NCBI GenBank assembly: GCA_002793355.1
Contig: PFQB01000098.1
Coordinates: 1-32,142, forward strand
Source of the DNA: Candidatus Dojkabacteria bacterium CG_4_10_14_0_2_um_filter_Dojkabacteria_WS6_41_15
Lineage (GTDB): Bacteria > Patescibacteriota > Dojkabacteria > GCA-002793355
Reading direction: 5' to 3'
DNA length: 32,142 bases
This document shows positions 10,107 through 18,889 of the stretch, piece by piece (the stretch's first letter is position 1; each line of letters opens with the position of its first letter). The notes below the pieces were generated by a model. It did no database searches. It was not told where the DNA came from and saw only the letters and a program-made list of their open reading frames with translations. Position numbers and translations under genes: made by a program.

Positions 10107-10721
10107 ATGGGTACCAATACTGTAAAGCAAGTTGGTGAGCCGGTAGGGGAAGTCTTGTTCGATCGAAGGAATCCAAAAGGAGGATTAGACAAGGCGCTAA
10201 CGAGATTACAAGAGGAGATAGCAAGGGCTACTCCAGAGGACAATACTTCAAGACATACGTATCTCTCAGAATCTTTGTATGAGTTTTTGAGTAGCGAGGA
10301 AAGTGCAAAAAGGGTTATCGATAGTTTGCAGGTTGGCAGAAACGCAACAATTAACAAATTGACCTTTCGAAAAGGTTCTAAGTTGCAAAATAAGCCATGG
10401 CGTATTTCTGTTGATTTTTCGTTGCCCAATGATTCAGGAGAGACTCCAAACCGGACGGTGAGGTTAAACGTAACTTGTAGAACATATAGAGGTATTCACG
10501 GTGCAACAGAGTTAATGCAAGAACAGCAACAAGGAATGACGTTAGCAAGAGGGAATAAAAGCCACGCGGGGATTTTTCTTATGGACAATGCTGCTAAAGT
10601 TTATGTTGTTGGATTAGTTGAAGTTAAAGGGAAAGGTCCAAAAGTAGAAGGAATTGGACATGCGCCCGGCAGGCAAATCACCCCAAGACGTGTCATGGGT
10701 CCTGATGGCGAACCTATCTAA
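10107..10721 (+). CDS. Hypothetical protein (ORFan between rseP and proS)
   Basis: 204-aa ATG ORF filling the gap on the operon strand; no motif recognised. Confidence 0.7.
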   Translation: MGTNTVKQVGEPVGEVLFDRRNPKGGLDKALTRLQEEIARATPEDNTSRHTYLSESLYEFLSSEESAKRVIDSLQVGRNATINKLTFRKGSKLQNKPWRISVDFSLPNDSGETPNRTVRLNVTCRTYRGIHGATELMQEQQQGMTLARGNKSHAGIFLMDNAAKVYVVGLVEVKGKGPKVEGIGHAPGRQITPRRVMGPDGEPI

Positions 10722-10738
10722 GCAGTTTTTTCATTTCG

Positions 10739-10747
10739 TGCTATAAT
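10739..10747 (+). promoter_or_regulatory. Extended -10 promoter for the proS leader
   Basis: TGcTATAAT, 11 nt upstream of T-box stem I. Confidence 0.75.
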
Positions 10748-10758
10748 TCTTCCATTAC

Positions 10759-11006
10759 GCAACGAACAGGAATAGTAGCGCGTCGTAAACTTTCGCATAG
10801 TGTGAAAAAACGACAAACCAACCCGCCTGGGAGCGTTCGAGAAACCAAGTAATAAACATGTTGCTTGCTAACTCGACTGGCGAAGCAGGAAATCTTCGAC
10901 AATAAGCCGAGTTTTTCACTCGGGAAGTTAGGGTGGTACCACGAGTTTCTCGTCCCAAACGTATGCTTTCGCGGTGCGAAGGTTATATTAGTTTATTGGC
11001 GAGAAC
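10759..11006 (+). promoter_or_regulatory. Proline T-box riboswitch (short stem I, probably translational)
   Basis: Stem I base GCAACGAACAGGAATAGTA ... AA-CCC-G-CCTGGGAGCG with specifier CCC (Pro, 10822-10824); stem III CCGAGT-TTTTC-ACTCGG (10907-10923); antiterminator GGGTGGTACCACG-AGTTTCT-CGTCCC (10931-10956); directly upstream of proS. Confidence 0.9.
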
Positions 11007-12746
11007 ATGAAATTTTCAAAAATGCTCACGAAGACGTTAAAGTCTTCAAAAACGTTCGATAGTATTAATGCCACTTATTTAACTCGTGGCGGCTTTATTG
11101 ACCAAACCATGTCCGGAGTGTATTCCTACTTGCCTCTTGGTTGGCGTGTTCTGCACAAAATTGAAAATATAGTTCGTGAAGAAATGGACACAATCGCGGA
11201 AGAAGTCTTTTTACCTTCCATGGTCCCTTTTGATATTTGGCAAACAACCGGACGTATTGATTCTGTTGATGTATTGATGAAAGCCGTACCAGCCAATGCC
11301 ATGTCGAAAGAAAGAAATGATGCAGAATACATCCTTAATTGCACACATGAAGATACCATTACCCCAATTGCAAAGAAATTTGCAACTTCATATAGAGAAT
11401 TGCCAAAAGCGGTATATCAAATTCAGACAAAGTTTCGCAACGAAGCGCGTGCCAAAGCTGGAATTCTACGAGGGCGAGAATTCCGAATGAAGGATTTGTA
11501 TTCCTTCCATGCAAGTGTTGAGGATTTCAAGCGATACTATGAGAAATCAAAAGAAGTGTATATGTCGGCGTTTAAACGACTAGGCTTGGGAAAAGACACG
11601 GTTATTGCTGCTGCTTCGGGTGGTGATTTTACTGACGATTATTCTCATGAATTTCAGACGAAATGTGAGGCAGGCGAAGACACACTTTTCTATGTTTCTA
11701 GCACACAAGAGACGTTTAACAAAGAAATTGCCCCAGCAAAAGCGGTCAAACTTTCTAAAGACACTAAGCAAAAGCCACTTGAAAAAGTTTTCGGCGAAGG
11801 TATTATCGGTGTTGACGATTTGTGCAAGTTTATGGGAATTACTCCTGAAGAAACCACCAAAACACTTATCTTCGAAACTGAAAATGGCCCAATAATCTGC
11901 TCAATTCGTGGTGATTACGATGTTAACGAGTTGAAGCTTAAGAAAGTAGCTGGGGTGAAGTCTCTCAAGCTTGCAAGTGAAAAAGTGGTGAAAAAGGTTA
12001 CTGGATCAATTATCGGTTATGCCGGAGTATATAATTTACCAAAAGGAATTCCTGTTTATATTGATGATTCCTCTGCCGATTTGGTTAACTTTGAAACAGG
12101 TGCGAATGAAGCACATTATCACATGAAGAATATGAACTGGGACAGGGACGTGAAGCGACCTGCAAAGTTCTATGATATTAAGGTAGCGAAGGTAGGCGAT
12201 ATATATCCAGAAACTGGTGAGGTATATGATACTTTCCGAGCCGCTGAGGTCGGTAATATATTTCCTTTGTATACTAGATTCTCTGACGCCGTTGGTTACA
12301 AATATACCGATGATAAGGGGAATTTACAGCCAGTGTACATGGGAAGCTATGGCTTAGGAACTACTCGTGTTATGGGAGTTCTTGTAGAAAAATTCCATGA
12401 CGATAAGGGAATCATCTGGCCTATTCAAGTTGCACCGTATATCGTTCACCTCGTAACTTTGGGAGAATCTACTGAGGTAATGGAGCTAGCAACCAGGGTG
12501 TACGATAATTTGCTTAAAAACAAGGTGGAAATTGTTTGGGATGATCGCACTTCTGTTTCCGCGGGTGAAAAATTCACCGACGCAGACCTTATTGGCTGCC
12601 CAATTCGCTTGACCATTAGTGCAAGAAGCCTTGAAAAGAATGGCGTTGAAATTAAGGCACGTTCTAGAGCAGAGAGCAAGATAATCAGTGAAGTAGAAGT
12701 GCTCAAATCTGTGGAAACCTTAGCAGACGAGTTGCTTAACGAGTAA
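11007..12746 (+). CDS. proS: Proline--tRNA ligase, bacterial type with INS editing domain
   Basis: SGVYSYLPLG, THED, YQIQTKFRNEARAKAGILRGREFRMKDLYSF, EVGNIF, MGSYGLGTTR, GEKFTDADLIG. Confidence 0.98.
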   Translation: MKFSKMLTKTLKSSKTFDSINATYLTRGGFIDQTMSGVYSYLPLGWRVLHKIENIVREEMDTIAEEVFLPSMVPFDIWQTTGRIDSVDVLMKAVPANAMSKERNDAEYILNCTHEDTITPIAKKFATSYRELPKAVYQIQTKFRNEARAKAGILRGREFRMKDLYSFHASVEDFKRYYEKSKEVYMSAFKRLGLGKDTVIAAASGGDFTDDYSHEFQTKCEAGEDTLFYVSSTQETFNKEIAPAKAVKLSKDTKQKPLEKVFGEGIIGVDDLCKFMGITPEETTKTLIFETENGPIICSIRGDYDVNELKLKKVAGVKSLKLASEKVVKKVTGSIIGYAGVYNLPKGIPVYIDDSSADLVNFETGANEAHYHMKNMNWDRDVKRPAKFYDIKVAKVGDIYPETGEVYDTFRAAEVGNIFPLYTRFSDAVGYKYTDDKGNLQPVYMGSYGLGTTRVMGVLVEKFHDDKGIIWPIQVAPYIVHLVTLGESTEVMELATRVYDNLLKNKVEIVWDDRTSVSAGEKFTDADLIGCPIRLTISARSLEKNGVEIKARSRAESKIISEVEVLKSVETLADELLNE

Positions 12747-12785
12747 TTCCTTTGCAAAAGCATATTAATTGTGTATAATTCGACC

Positions 12786-13022
12786 ATGGCAGTTATTACA
12801 GTACATCAAAATGAACCAATCGACTCTGTCCTCAGACGTTTTCAGCGACAAGTTATTAAAGAAGGCATTATCTCTGATGTTTTAGACAAGCGTTGTCACC
12901 TTTCAAAATCCGAGGCAAGGCGAGTAAAAGTCCACGAATTGGAACGTTCTGCTAAGAGGAAACGACGACGATCAAAGAGCAAGCCAAGAACATCCGTACA
13001 CGTCAAGAAGAAAATGTTTTAG
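12786..13022 (+). CDS. rpsU: 30S ribosomal protein bS21 (probably leaderless; extended basic tail)
   Basis: ITVHQNEPIDSVLRRFQRQVIKEGII and a basic C-terminus. TTGCAA (12752)-16-TATAAT (12774-12779)-6 nt-ATG 12786 argues for this start. Confidence 0.88.
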   Translation: MAVITVHQNEPIDSVLRRFQRQVIKEGIISDVLDKRCHLSKSEARRVKVHELERSAKRKRRRSKSKPRTSVHVKKKMF

Positions 13023-13027
13023 TTCGC

Positions 13028-13483
13028 ATGAAGCTTGACTATTCACTAACCACGAAACAACACAAGACTGAAGTTTTACGTGTATTGGATTTCCTTTTGC
13101 AGCCCGCCATAATCCAGCTCTTGACGTATTCGCCACAATTGGCAGCGAAGAGCAAGAATCAGACCGTTTTCATCAACGTGGTGGGTACTAGCCGAATGAA
13201 ATCGTTAAACAATAAATTCCGTCAAAAAGAAACTTCCACTGATGTGCTTAGTTTCGAGTTATACGATAACGGCATTATGGGAGAATTGTATATTTGTCCC
13301 GACGATATAAGCAAAAACGCAAAAGCACTTGGGCATAGTTTCGAAAATGAATTGCTAGAAATAATTATTCATGGGCTGCTGCACTTGAGTGGGTACGACC
13401 ATTCGGATGAAATGTTCGACTGGCAAAAAAAGTTAACTGACCGTATACTGAAAGAATATGAAAATACTAGTAGGTCTCGGTAA
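13028..13483 (+). CDS. ybeY: rRNA maturation factor YbeY
   Basis: LNNKFRQKETSTDVLSF, GELYIC, HGLLHLSGYDH. Confidence 0.95.
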   Translation: MKLDYSLTTKQHKTEVLRVLDFLLQPAIIQLLTYSPQLAAKSKNQTVFINVVGTSRMKSLNNKFRQKETSTDVLSFELYDNGIMGELYICPDDISKNAKALGHSFENELLEIIIHGLLHLSGYDHSDEMFDWQKKLTDRILKEYENTSRSR

Positions 13484-14021
13484 TCCCGGGAAAGAATACG
13501 AAAGAACGCCTCACAACGCGGGTTTTATTACGCTTGATCTATTAGCAGTAAACCTTCGTGGGCTTGGTTATGTCGTCGAGGATTGGCACGAAATCAAAAA
13601 AGAGAAAAGCATATTAAGTGAGGTTTTTTCGGGCGATGGTCGTAGAATCGCCGTATTAGTGAAACCGCAAACCTATATGAATCTTAGTGGTGGAGCAGTG
13701 CAGCAAGTTATGGCAAAGTATGGCGTTAAAAGTGCAGAAGATGTCCTAATTATCTATGACGAACTCGATATCGCCCTCGGCCTGTTCAAATATTCGCCGA
13801 TTCGTAATTCCCGCACGCATAAAGGAATCGGCTCGGTAATTTCCACAGTTGGAAAAACCGTACAATCATTCAGAATTGGCGTTGACAATCGCACAATCCG
13901 TTATATTCCGGGGCAGGATTACGTGGTAATGGCATATACAACAGCGGAGCTTTCTTCGCTATCGCAGGCAGCAGATAAGGGTATTGCCCAACATGTGCTG
14001 CCTTTCCTCGGACTGGTATAA
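13458..14021 (+). CDS. pth: Peptidyl-tRNA hydrolase
   Basis: LVGLGNPGKEYERTPHNAGF, KPQTYMNLSG, YDELD, RIGV. The usual GGHNG motif reads RTHKG. Confidence 0.95.
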   Translation: MKILVGLGNPGKEYERTPHNAGFITLDLLAVNLRGLGYVVEDWHEIKKEKSILSEVFSGDGRRIAVLVKPQTYMNLSGGAVQQVMAKYGVKSAEDVLIIYDELDIALGLFKYSPIRNSRTHKGIGSVISTVGKTVQSFRIGVDNRTIRYIPGQDYVVMAYTTAELSSLSQAADKGIAQHVLPFLGLV

Positions 14022-14050
14022 TAGATAACTGCTAATTTAAAGATTATCCT

Positions 14051-14629
14051 ATGTCGTTACCAATCACGTTTACAGGAAGAGGATTCGATGTTACAGATCC
14101 GATAAAAAAATACGTCGAAGATAAATTACTCAAATTGCCTCATATTGAATTGGCAACCCAGATTGATCTTGAAGTTGGTAAAACAGTTTTTCACAAAGGA
14201 GCTGCTAAAGATTTCTATGTTCGTATTCTTATTACACTTCCTAAAGCTGTAGTTCGAATGAAAAAGGAAGGCGAGGACGTTTATGTATTGTTCGATGATA
14301 TGGCTCCAAGTTTACATGAGAAGTTAGTTCACTATAAGGACAACTTCAGAAAATGGGAAGGTGCGGAGACATGGCCAGAAACTGCAGTCGTAGAGGATGT
14401 AAAAGAGGAAGCGAAACTAGAGGACTCCTCCAGTGCAATATACGCAGGATATGTCCCAAAAATTCGCCGAAAAGTTATTACCGAGATGGCACCAATGTCA
14501 GTTACTGAAGCAATTGAAAGAATGGAACTTCTAGACAAAGACTTTTTCATTTTCAAAGATGTTCAGTCTGGAAATATTGCAGTTGTAGTGAAGAATGGAA
14601 GTGAGTACGAGATGGTAGTGGCTGATTAA
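14051..14629 (+). CDS. hpf: Long-form ribosome hibernation promoting factor (HPF/RaiA)
   Basis: ITFTGRGFDVTDPIKKYVEDKL; C-terminal PMSVTEAIERMELLDKDFFIF domain. Confidence 0.93.
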   Translation: MSLPITFTGRGFDVTDPIKKYVEDKLLKLPHIELATQIDLEVGKTVFHKGAAKDFYVRILITLPKAVVRMKKEGEDVYVLFDDMAPSLHEKLVHYKDNFRKWEGAETWPETAVVEDVKEEAKLEDSSSAIYAGYVPKIRRKVITEMAPMSVTEAIERMELLDKDFFIFKDVQSGNIAVVVKNGSEYEMVVAD

Positions 14630-14739
14630 ATCTTAAAGTATAAAGATTAAAGTATAAATCAATAATGGTGGATATTATTTGCCTCGTCCGATTTTTAACT
14701 TTCAGTCTTTAAACTTTGCGCTTTATTCTTTATCCTTTA
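14627..14739. repeat. Two inverted arrays of TAAAGNN heptamers between convergent genes
   Basis: Plus strand 14627-14661: TAAATCT TAAAGTA TAAAGAT TAAAGTA TAAATCA. Minus strand from 14739: TAAAGGA TAAAGAA TAAAGCG CAAAGTT TAAAGAC. Confidence 0.8.
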
Positions 14740-15531
14740 TTTCGTTACGTCTTTGCTGAACAACCTTTTCACTAACTCGATACTTTTAAGGAACTTGTAA
14801 CTTTTGTTTGTTTCCGAGGTTAAGGTGTTATTTGCTGAGTTGTACCCTTCCATTGCTTTGGTAAGCCATTCCTGTCGCTTGGTGGTAAGGTTGCTTTGTT
14901 TAATGGCATCAATAATTTGCGTTTTAACATCAGCCAACTTCTTGTCGGTAAATTGCGTCTTATTTTCGTCGAAGTACGCTTGAATTTCTTTGTCTGTCGG
15001 TTCTACAGCAGTACCGTTAATTAGCTTGTCGAGTGTTACTGTTATCTTTACGTAAGCTCGATATTCTGCTTCGGTAATTCCGCTATTCTTAAGCTCGGCT
15101 TTAAAGGCTTCGTCTGTGGTGATTCCCGCTTTCTTTTTATCGGCCTCGATTGCAGCGTTAACATCGGCATCGGTAACTTTAAGCTTTTTATCTTTTGCAC
15201 CTTGTGCAATTGCAGACTTAGCTAACATTTCGTTTAATACTGGATTTCCTTGTGCTGCATCTTGCTTTTGTAATTCATTAAGGTATGCGGAACGAGAAAC
15301 ATCAGTATCTTTAAAAAACGCAACATATTGAGAGGTAATCGATGTTTGAATAACCCAGTCAAGGGCAGGAATAAGGGCTAAGGCGATAACAAAGCCAACC
15401 GCGAACTTTATTAGCGTTTCCTTTTTTATTGAAAAAGCTATTGGACGTTTTGGTGCCTCTTTTACTGAGGTTGCAACCGTTGCTTCCTGCATTTTTGGGG
15501 CGGTATCTACTGATCTTTTCTTGTCTTTCAT
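14737..15531 (-). CDS. SurA/PrsA N-terminal-domain chaperone-like membrane protein without a parvulin domain
   Basis: One TM helix, then LKVTDADVNA, FKAELKNSGITEAEYR, PTDKEIQAYFDENK and LADVKTQI. Start moved to 15531 because TGtTATAAT overlaps the 15561 ATG. Confidence 0.82.
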   Translation of the reverse strand: MKDKKRSVDTAPKMQEATVATSVKEAPKRPIAFSIKKETLIKFAVGFVIALALIPALDWVIQTSITSQYVAFFKDTDVSRSAYLNELQKQDAAQGNPVLNEMLAKSAIAQGAKDKKLKVTDADVNAAIEADKKKAGITTDEAFKAELKNSGITEAEYRAYVKITVTLDKLINGTAVEPTDKEIQAYFDENKTQFTDKKLADVKTQIIDAIKQSNLTTKRQEWLTKAMEGYNSANNTLTSETNKSYKFLKSIELVKRLFSKDVTK

Positions 15532-15600
15532 ATGACGACGTTTTAGATTAATGTGGTCCATTATAACAAAAATTCTGTAGAATCCAAGTGGGTTGCTAAC

Positions 15601-16974
15601 TTACAATAACCTCTTACGGGAGTCTGCTCCGTCTAAATGCCAGTAAATGCTTAACAATTGATTTCCATTGTAGACTTTCCCGTGATCAACTATTGCATAT
15701 TTTCCACCCCAACTATCGGTGCCATAATATACTCTTCCGTTAAGTGCCGCAAAAATTGGTGCACCCCAGCCATTTAACGAATAGGTTCTACCTTTTGATT
15801 GCCAACAAACGGGTGTTACAATTTGGTATTTCCGGGAACTGTCTTGGTTGCCTGCGGAGGTAGAAATTCCATCGATAGAGTAGCTATCATGAAATCCCCA
15901 GGTCATCAGCATGCCGGGTAATGGAGCTTTAGCACGCGAGTCTGTCACATATGAACCGGAAAGTTTTAATAATCCTGAGCTAAAAGGGTTGACGTTAGTA
16001 TAGTATGAGCTCTTGTTACCGTTTTTGCGCTCAATGAAGCCATAATGGATGTGAGCTCCGAAAGTACAGCCGGTATATCCTTCACGACCAATAACATTTC
16101 CTCTGCTTACTGCGGTTCCGTTACCTAACTTATTCGCTTCGAACAGCTGTATGGCTACCGAAAGTGCTTGGCGGTCCGCTGCATTTTGTTGCGAAATAAG
16201 CTTTGACCGCTCTGCTGCAAGTGTCTTCTCTTGTTTAGTAAGTTCAGCTAGAAGTGTCTGTTGTTTACCTCGCTGGCTTGCCAAGGTTGCGCGTAACTTG
16301 ATGATTTCTAAGTTTGCTCGTTCCATGATATCACGCTTTTCGATAATTGCGACTTGCGCCACGCCAAGGACTTTCTCTTCTGATGATAGTTGTGTTTGCA
16401 GGTTTGTAAATTGTGCAAAGCGGACCTTTTCTTGCTGTGATACATAATCGAAGTAGCGGAGCATTTCTAATGTCGAAATCAGGTCATTTTGTGCAAGCAA
16501 GTACCAAATCGGAATGCTGTTTACTTTATACGCCATTAGCGCAATTTCGTTCACTTTTTGCATCGAATTCTGCTTTTCCTGCTTCAGCGTGTCAATACGG
16601 TTTTTGGTTTCCGAGATATCTTCGCCAATATTGGTGATTTCGATACTTGCCAGTTCGATGTCAATTTGTCTTTGTGCCAGTTCGTTTTCGTTTGCAGTCA
16701 CTTGTGCGTTAATTTCATCGACTTGCGATTGAATGTCTCCTTCTTGAACTCTAACATTTTTTAGTGTTCCTTCAATTTTCTTTCGTTGTGCAACTAATTC
16801 ATTTCGTTTCGTTATCAAATAGTCATAGCATTTGCTTAATGAGTATCCAGCAGGGCAGTCATTTGCTGCACGAACAGGCAGTGGTGAAACACCAAAATAG
16901 GAGATTAACCCTATGGCAAACACAAGCAGGGTAGAAACTGTAAGAAGTCTTTTAGTTGTTTTTCCAATATGCAT
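15601..16974 (-). CDS. FtsEX-associated coiled-coil protein with an M23/LytM peptidase domain (EnvC-like, permuted)
   Basis: Signal/TM segment, long coiled coil, VSRGNVIGREGYTGCTFGAHIHY, GAPIFAALNGRV, YWHL; directly downstream of ftsX. Confidence 0.85.
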   Translation of the reverse strand: MHIGKTTKRLLTVSTLLVFAIGLISYFGVSPLPVRAANDCPAGYSLSKCYDYLITKRNELVAQRKKIEGTLKNVRVQEGDIQSQVDEINAQVTANENELAQRQIDIELASIEITNIGEDISETKNRIDTLKQEKQNSMQKVNEIALMAYKVNSIPIWYLLAQNDLISTLEMLRYFDYVSQQEKVRFAQFTNLQTQLSSEEKVLGVAQVAIIEKRDIMERANLEIIKLRATLASQRGKQQTLLAELTKQEKTLAAERSKLISQQNAADRQALSVAIQLFEANKLGNGTAVSRGNVIGREGYTGCTFGAHIHYGFIERKNGNKSSYYTNVNPFSSGLLKLSGSYVTDSRAKAPLPGMLMTWGFHDSYSIDGISTSAGNQDSSRKYQIVTPVCWQSKGRTYSLNGWGAPIFAALNGRVYYGTDSWGGKYAIVDHGKVYNGNQLLSIYWHLDGADSRKRLL

Positions 16975-17002
16975 ATGTATTGCTGGCGTTTTGTAATCCG
17001 TA

Positions 17003-17920
17003 CTATTTTATATAGTGCTTCGTCGCAAAGAAGGCACAAAGATAGCCAATTAGGGCTCCTAATCCCAGTTCAATTGCACCAAACGCGACGAAGAACCACG
17101 ATGGGTAGAAAAGTGCCTGAAGTCCTACACTAGACATCATGTCGTGAATGAATTTGAAGAGAATATTATCTTGTAAGACAAGGTTTGCGACTAACCAAAT
17201 CACCATTATGGAAAAGAAAGATATTGACGCCGCAACTACACCGTAGACCGCACCTTGGTACATAAAGGGCATTGCCATAATTTTTGGATCTGCGCCTACT
17301 AAGTCCATAATTTCGATTTCTTGTGCAAAGCGGTTGATGGTAAACCCGATGGTTAAGTACACTAATATAATGGAAACGATGAACAAAAAGGCTGTTATAA
17401 CCAAACTGCTGACCGTAACGGTATTGCTAAATTGTCTGATTTTTTCGACGATATCCTGGAAAAATACTTTATCAATGATTAGTGCTCCTTTATTCTTTTC
17501 GTCATCAACCATCTGCACGAAAGGCTTGTAATCGGTATTTGGCCTTAGTTGCACGCGAAGGATGCGGATTTGGTTAGCGTCGAAGGCATATTGACCTTGC
17601 TGTTCTGGGGCAATGCCAATGCTGGTTAGGTACTGCTTTTGAATATCCGCCGAGGTAGAATAGGAAACCTTCATTACGCCGGTTTGCTTCTCAAGATATC
17701 CTTTAAAAATCAGAATATTTTCTTCTTTTTCCTTCGGGTCATAAAATATCGAGAGTGTTGGCTGACTTTGCAAGTAGGTTACGGCTTTTGTCGCAAACTC
17801 GTTCATGACAAAAAATAAGGTTCCTAACGAAAAAGTAACCGTGATAATTACGACGCTTGCGAGCGAAAGACCGGGGTTTCGTCGAATGTATTTAAAGGTT
17901 GTAGCCCACACAAGATTCAT
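17003..17920 (-). CDS. ftsX: Cell division permease FtsX
   Basis: Four TM segments, IRRNPGLSLAS, EIEIMDLVGA...MPFMYQG; follows ftsE. Confidence 0.93.
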   Translation of the reverse strand: MNLVWATTFKYIRRNPGLSLASVVIITVTFSLGTLFFVMNEFATKAVTYLQSQPTLSIFYDPKEKEENILIFKGYLEKQTGVMKVSYSTSADIQKQYLTSIGIAPEQQGQYAFDANQIRILRVQLRPNTDYKPFVQMVDDEKNKGALIIDKVFFQDIVEKIRQFSNTVTVSSLVITAFLFIVSIILVYLTIGFTINRFAQEIEIMDLVGADPKIMAMPFMYQGAVYGVVAASISFFSIMVIWLVANLVLQDNILFKFIHDMMSSVGLQALFYPSWFFVAFGAIELGLGALIGYLCAFFATKHYIK

Positions 17921-17921
17921 G

Positions 17922-18794
17922 TTATGCCAAGTTTTTAAGGTTAGTCGCTAATTGTGAAATTTCTTTATCGGTAAACTTCAATTCATTTTTAAGGAAGTTC
18001 GGAGTTAAGTTGAGTAAATCTTCCTTCTCGTCTGGGTTAAGTGGGACTAGCTTCTGGATGAGTTCTGCAGGTAGAATTTTTGCCAGTTTTGCCATAAATG
18101 CCTTGGCAGATTTTTGTTCATTTGTAGGAGAGCTTTGAATCAACTCGCCGTTGTCCAGGTGCCAGTGGGTGTAGTCGTAGCGGTACACGAGTTCAAGATT
18201 GTGAGTGGTCATAATAATGCTGGTGCCCGCCTTATTGATTTTGCCCAACAAGGACATAATATTCTCGGTGTTATCAAGGTCAAGGTCACCTGTAGGCTCG
18301 TCTGCAATCAGCAGTTTTGGATTGTTAGCAATTGCCCGGGCGATGACCACTCGTCGCTTTTCTCCGCCTGATAACTGTTTAGGAAATAAACCTTTCTTAT
18401 CGATAATACCTACGTAATCCAAAAGGTATTCAACGGTTTTCTGCACTTCTTGCGGAGATTTATTCAGAATTTCCAGAACAAAAGCAACATTTTCGTAGAC
18501 ATTCTTGTGTTCTAACAGTTTATAGTCTTGGAAAACAACACCAACGGTGCGTCGGTATGACGGAATTAATTTGCGAGGCAATAATTCGATAGGAACAGTT
18601 TCAAAAACGATACTTCCTTTCGTTGGAAGTTCTTGGCGAATCAATAGTTTAATGAGTGTGGTTTTACCTGAGCCCGAAGGTCCGGTTAAAAAGACGAACT
18701 CACCTCGCTCTAAACCGAACGAAACATTTTTAAGGACAGGAATAACAATATTACCCTGTTTGTATAGTTTTGATAGTTTTGAAACGCGGAGCAT
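17922..18794 (-). CDS. ftsE: Cell division ATP-binding protein FtsE with an extra C-terminal helical domain
   Basis: GPSGSGKTT, GVVFQDYKLL, LSGGEKRR, IADEPTGDLD; about 70 aa beyond the normal end. Confidence 0.95.
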   Translation of the reverse strand: MLRVSKLSKLYKQGNIVIPVLKNVSFGLERGEFVFLTGPSGSGKTTLIKLLIRQELPTKGSIVFETVPIELLPRKLIPSYRRTVGVVFQDYKLLEHKNVYENVAFVLEILNKSPQEVQKTVEYLLDYVGIIDKKGLFPKQLSGGEKRRVVIARAIANNPKLLIADEPTGDLDLDNTENIMSLLGKINKAGTSIIMTTHNLELVYRYDYTHWHLDNGELIQSSPTNEQKSAKAFMAKLAKILPAELIQKLVPLNPDEKEDLLNLTPNFLKNELKFTDKEISQLATNLKNLA

Positions 18795-18889
18795 AGGAAG
18801 ATTGTAACATACCGAGGATTAAGGTAGTGCTAATGCTTGAAAAGTAGTATAATTTCATTGCTTCCCCACAATAATTTTTGTTTATAAAC

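Noticed and set aside
14627..14739. CRISPR array
   Set aside because: The units are 7-nt tandem repeats with no spacers, and no cas genes are present in the window.
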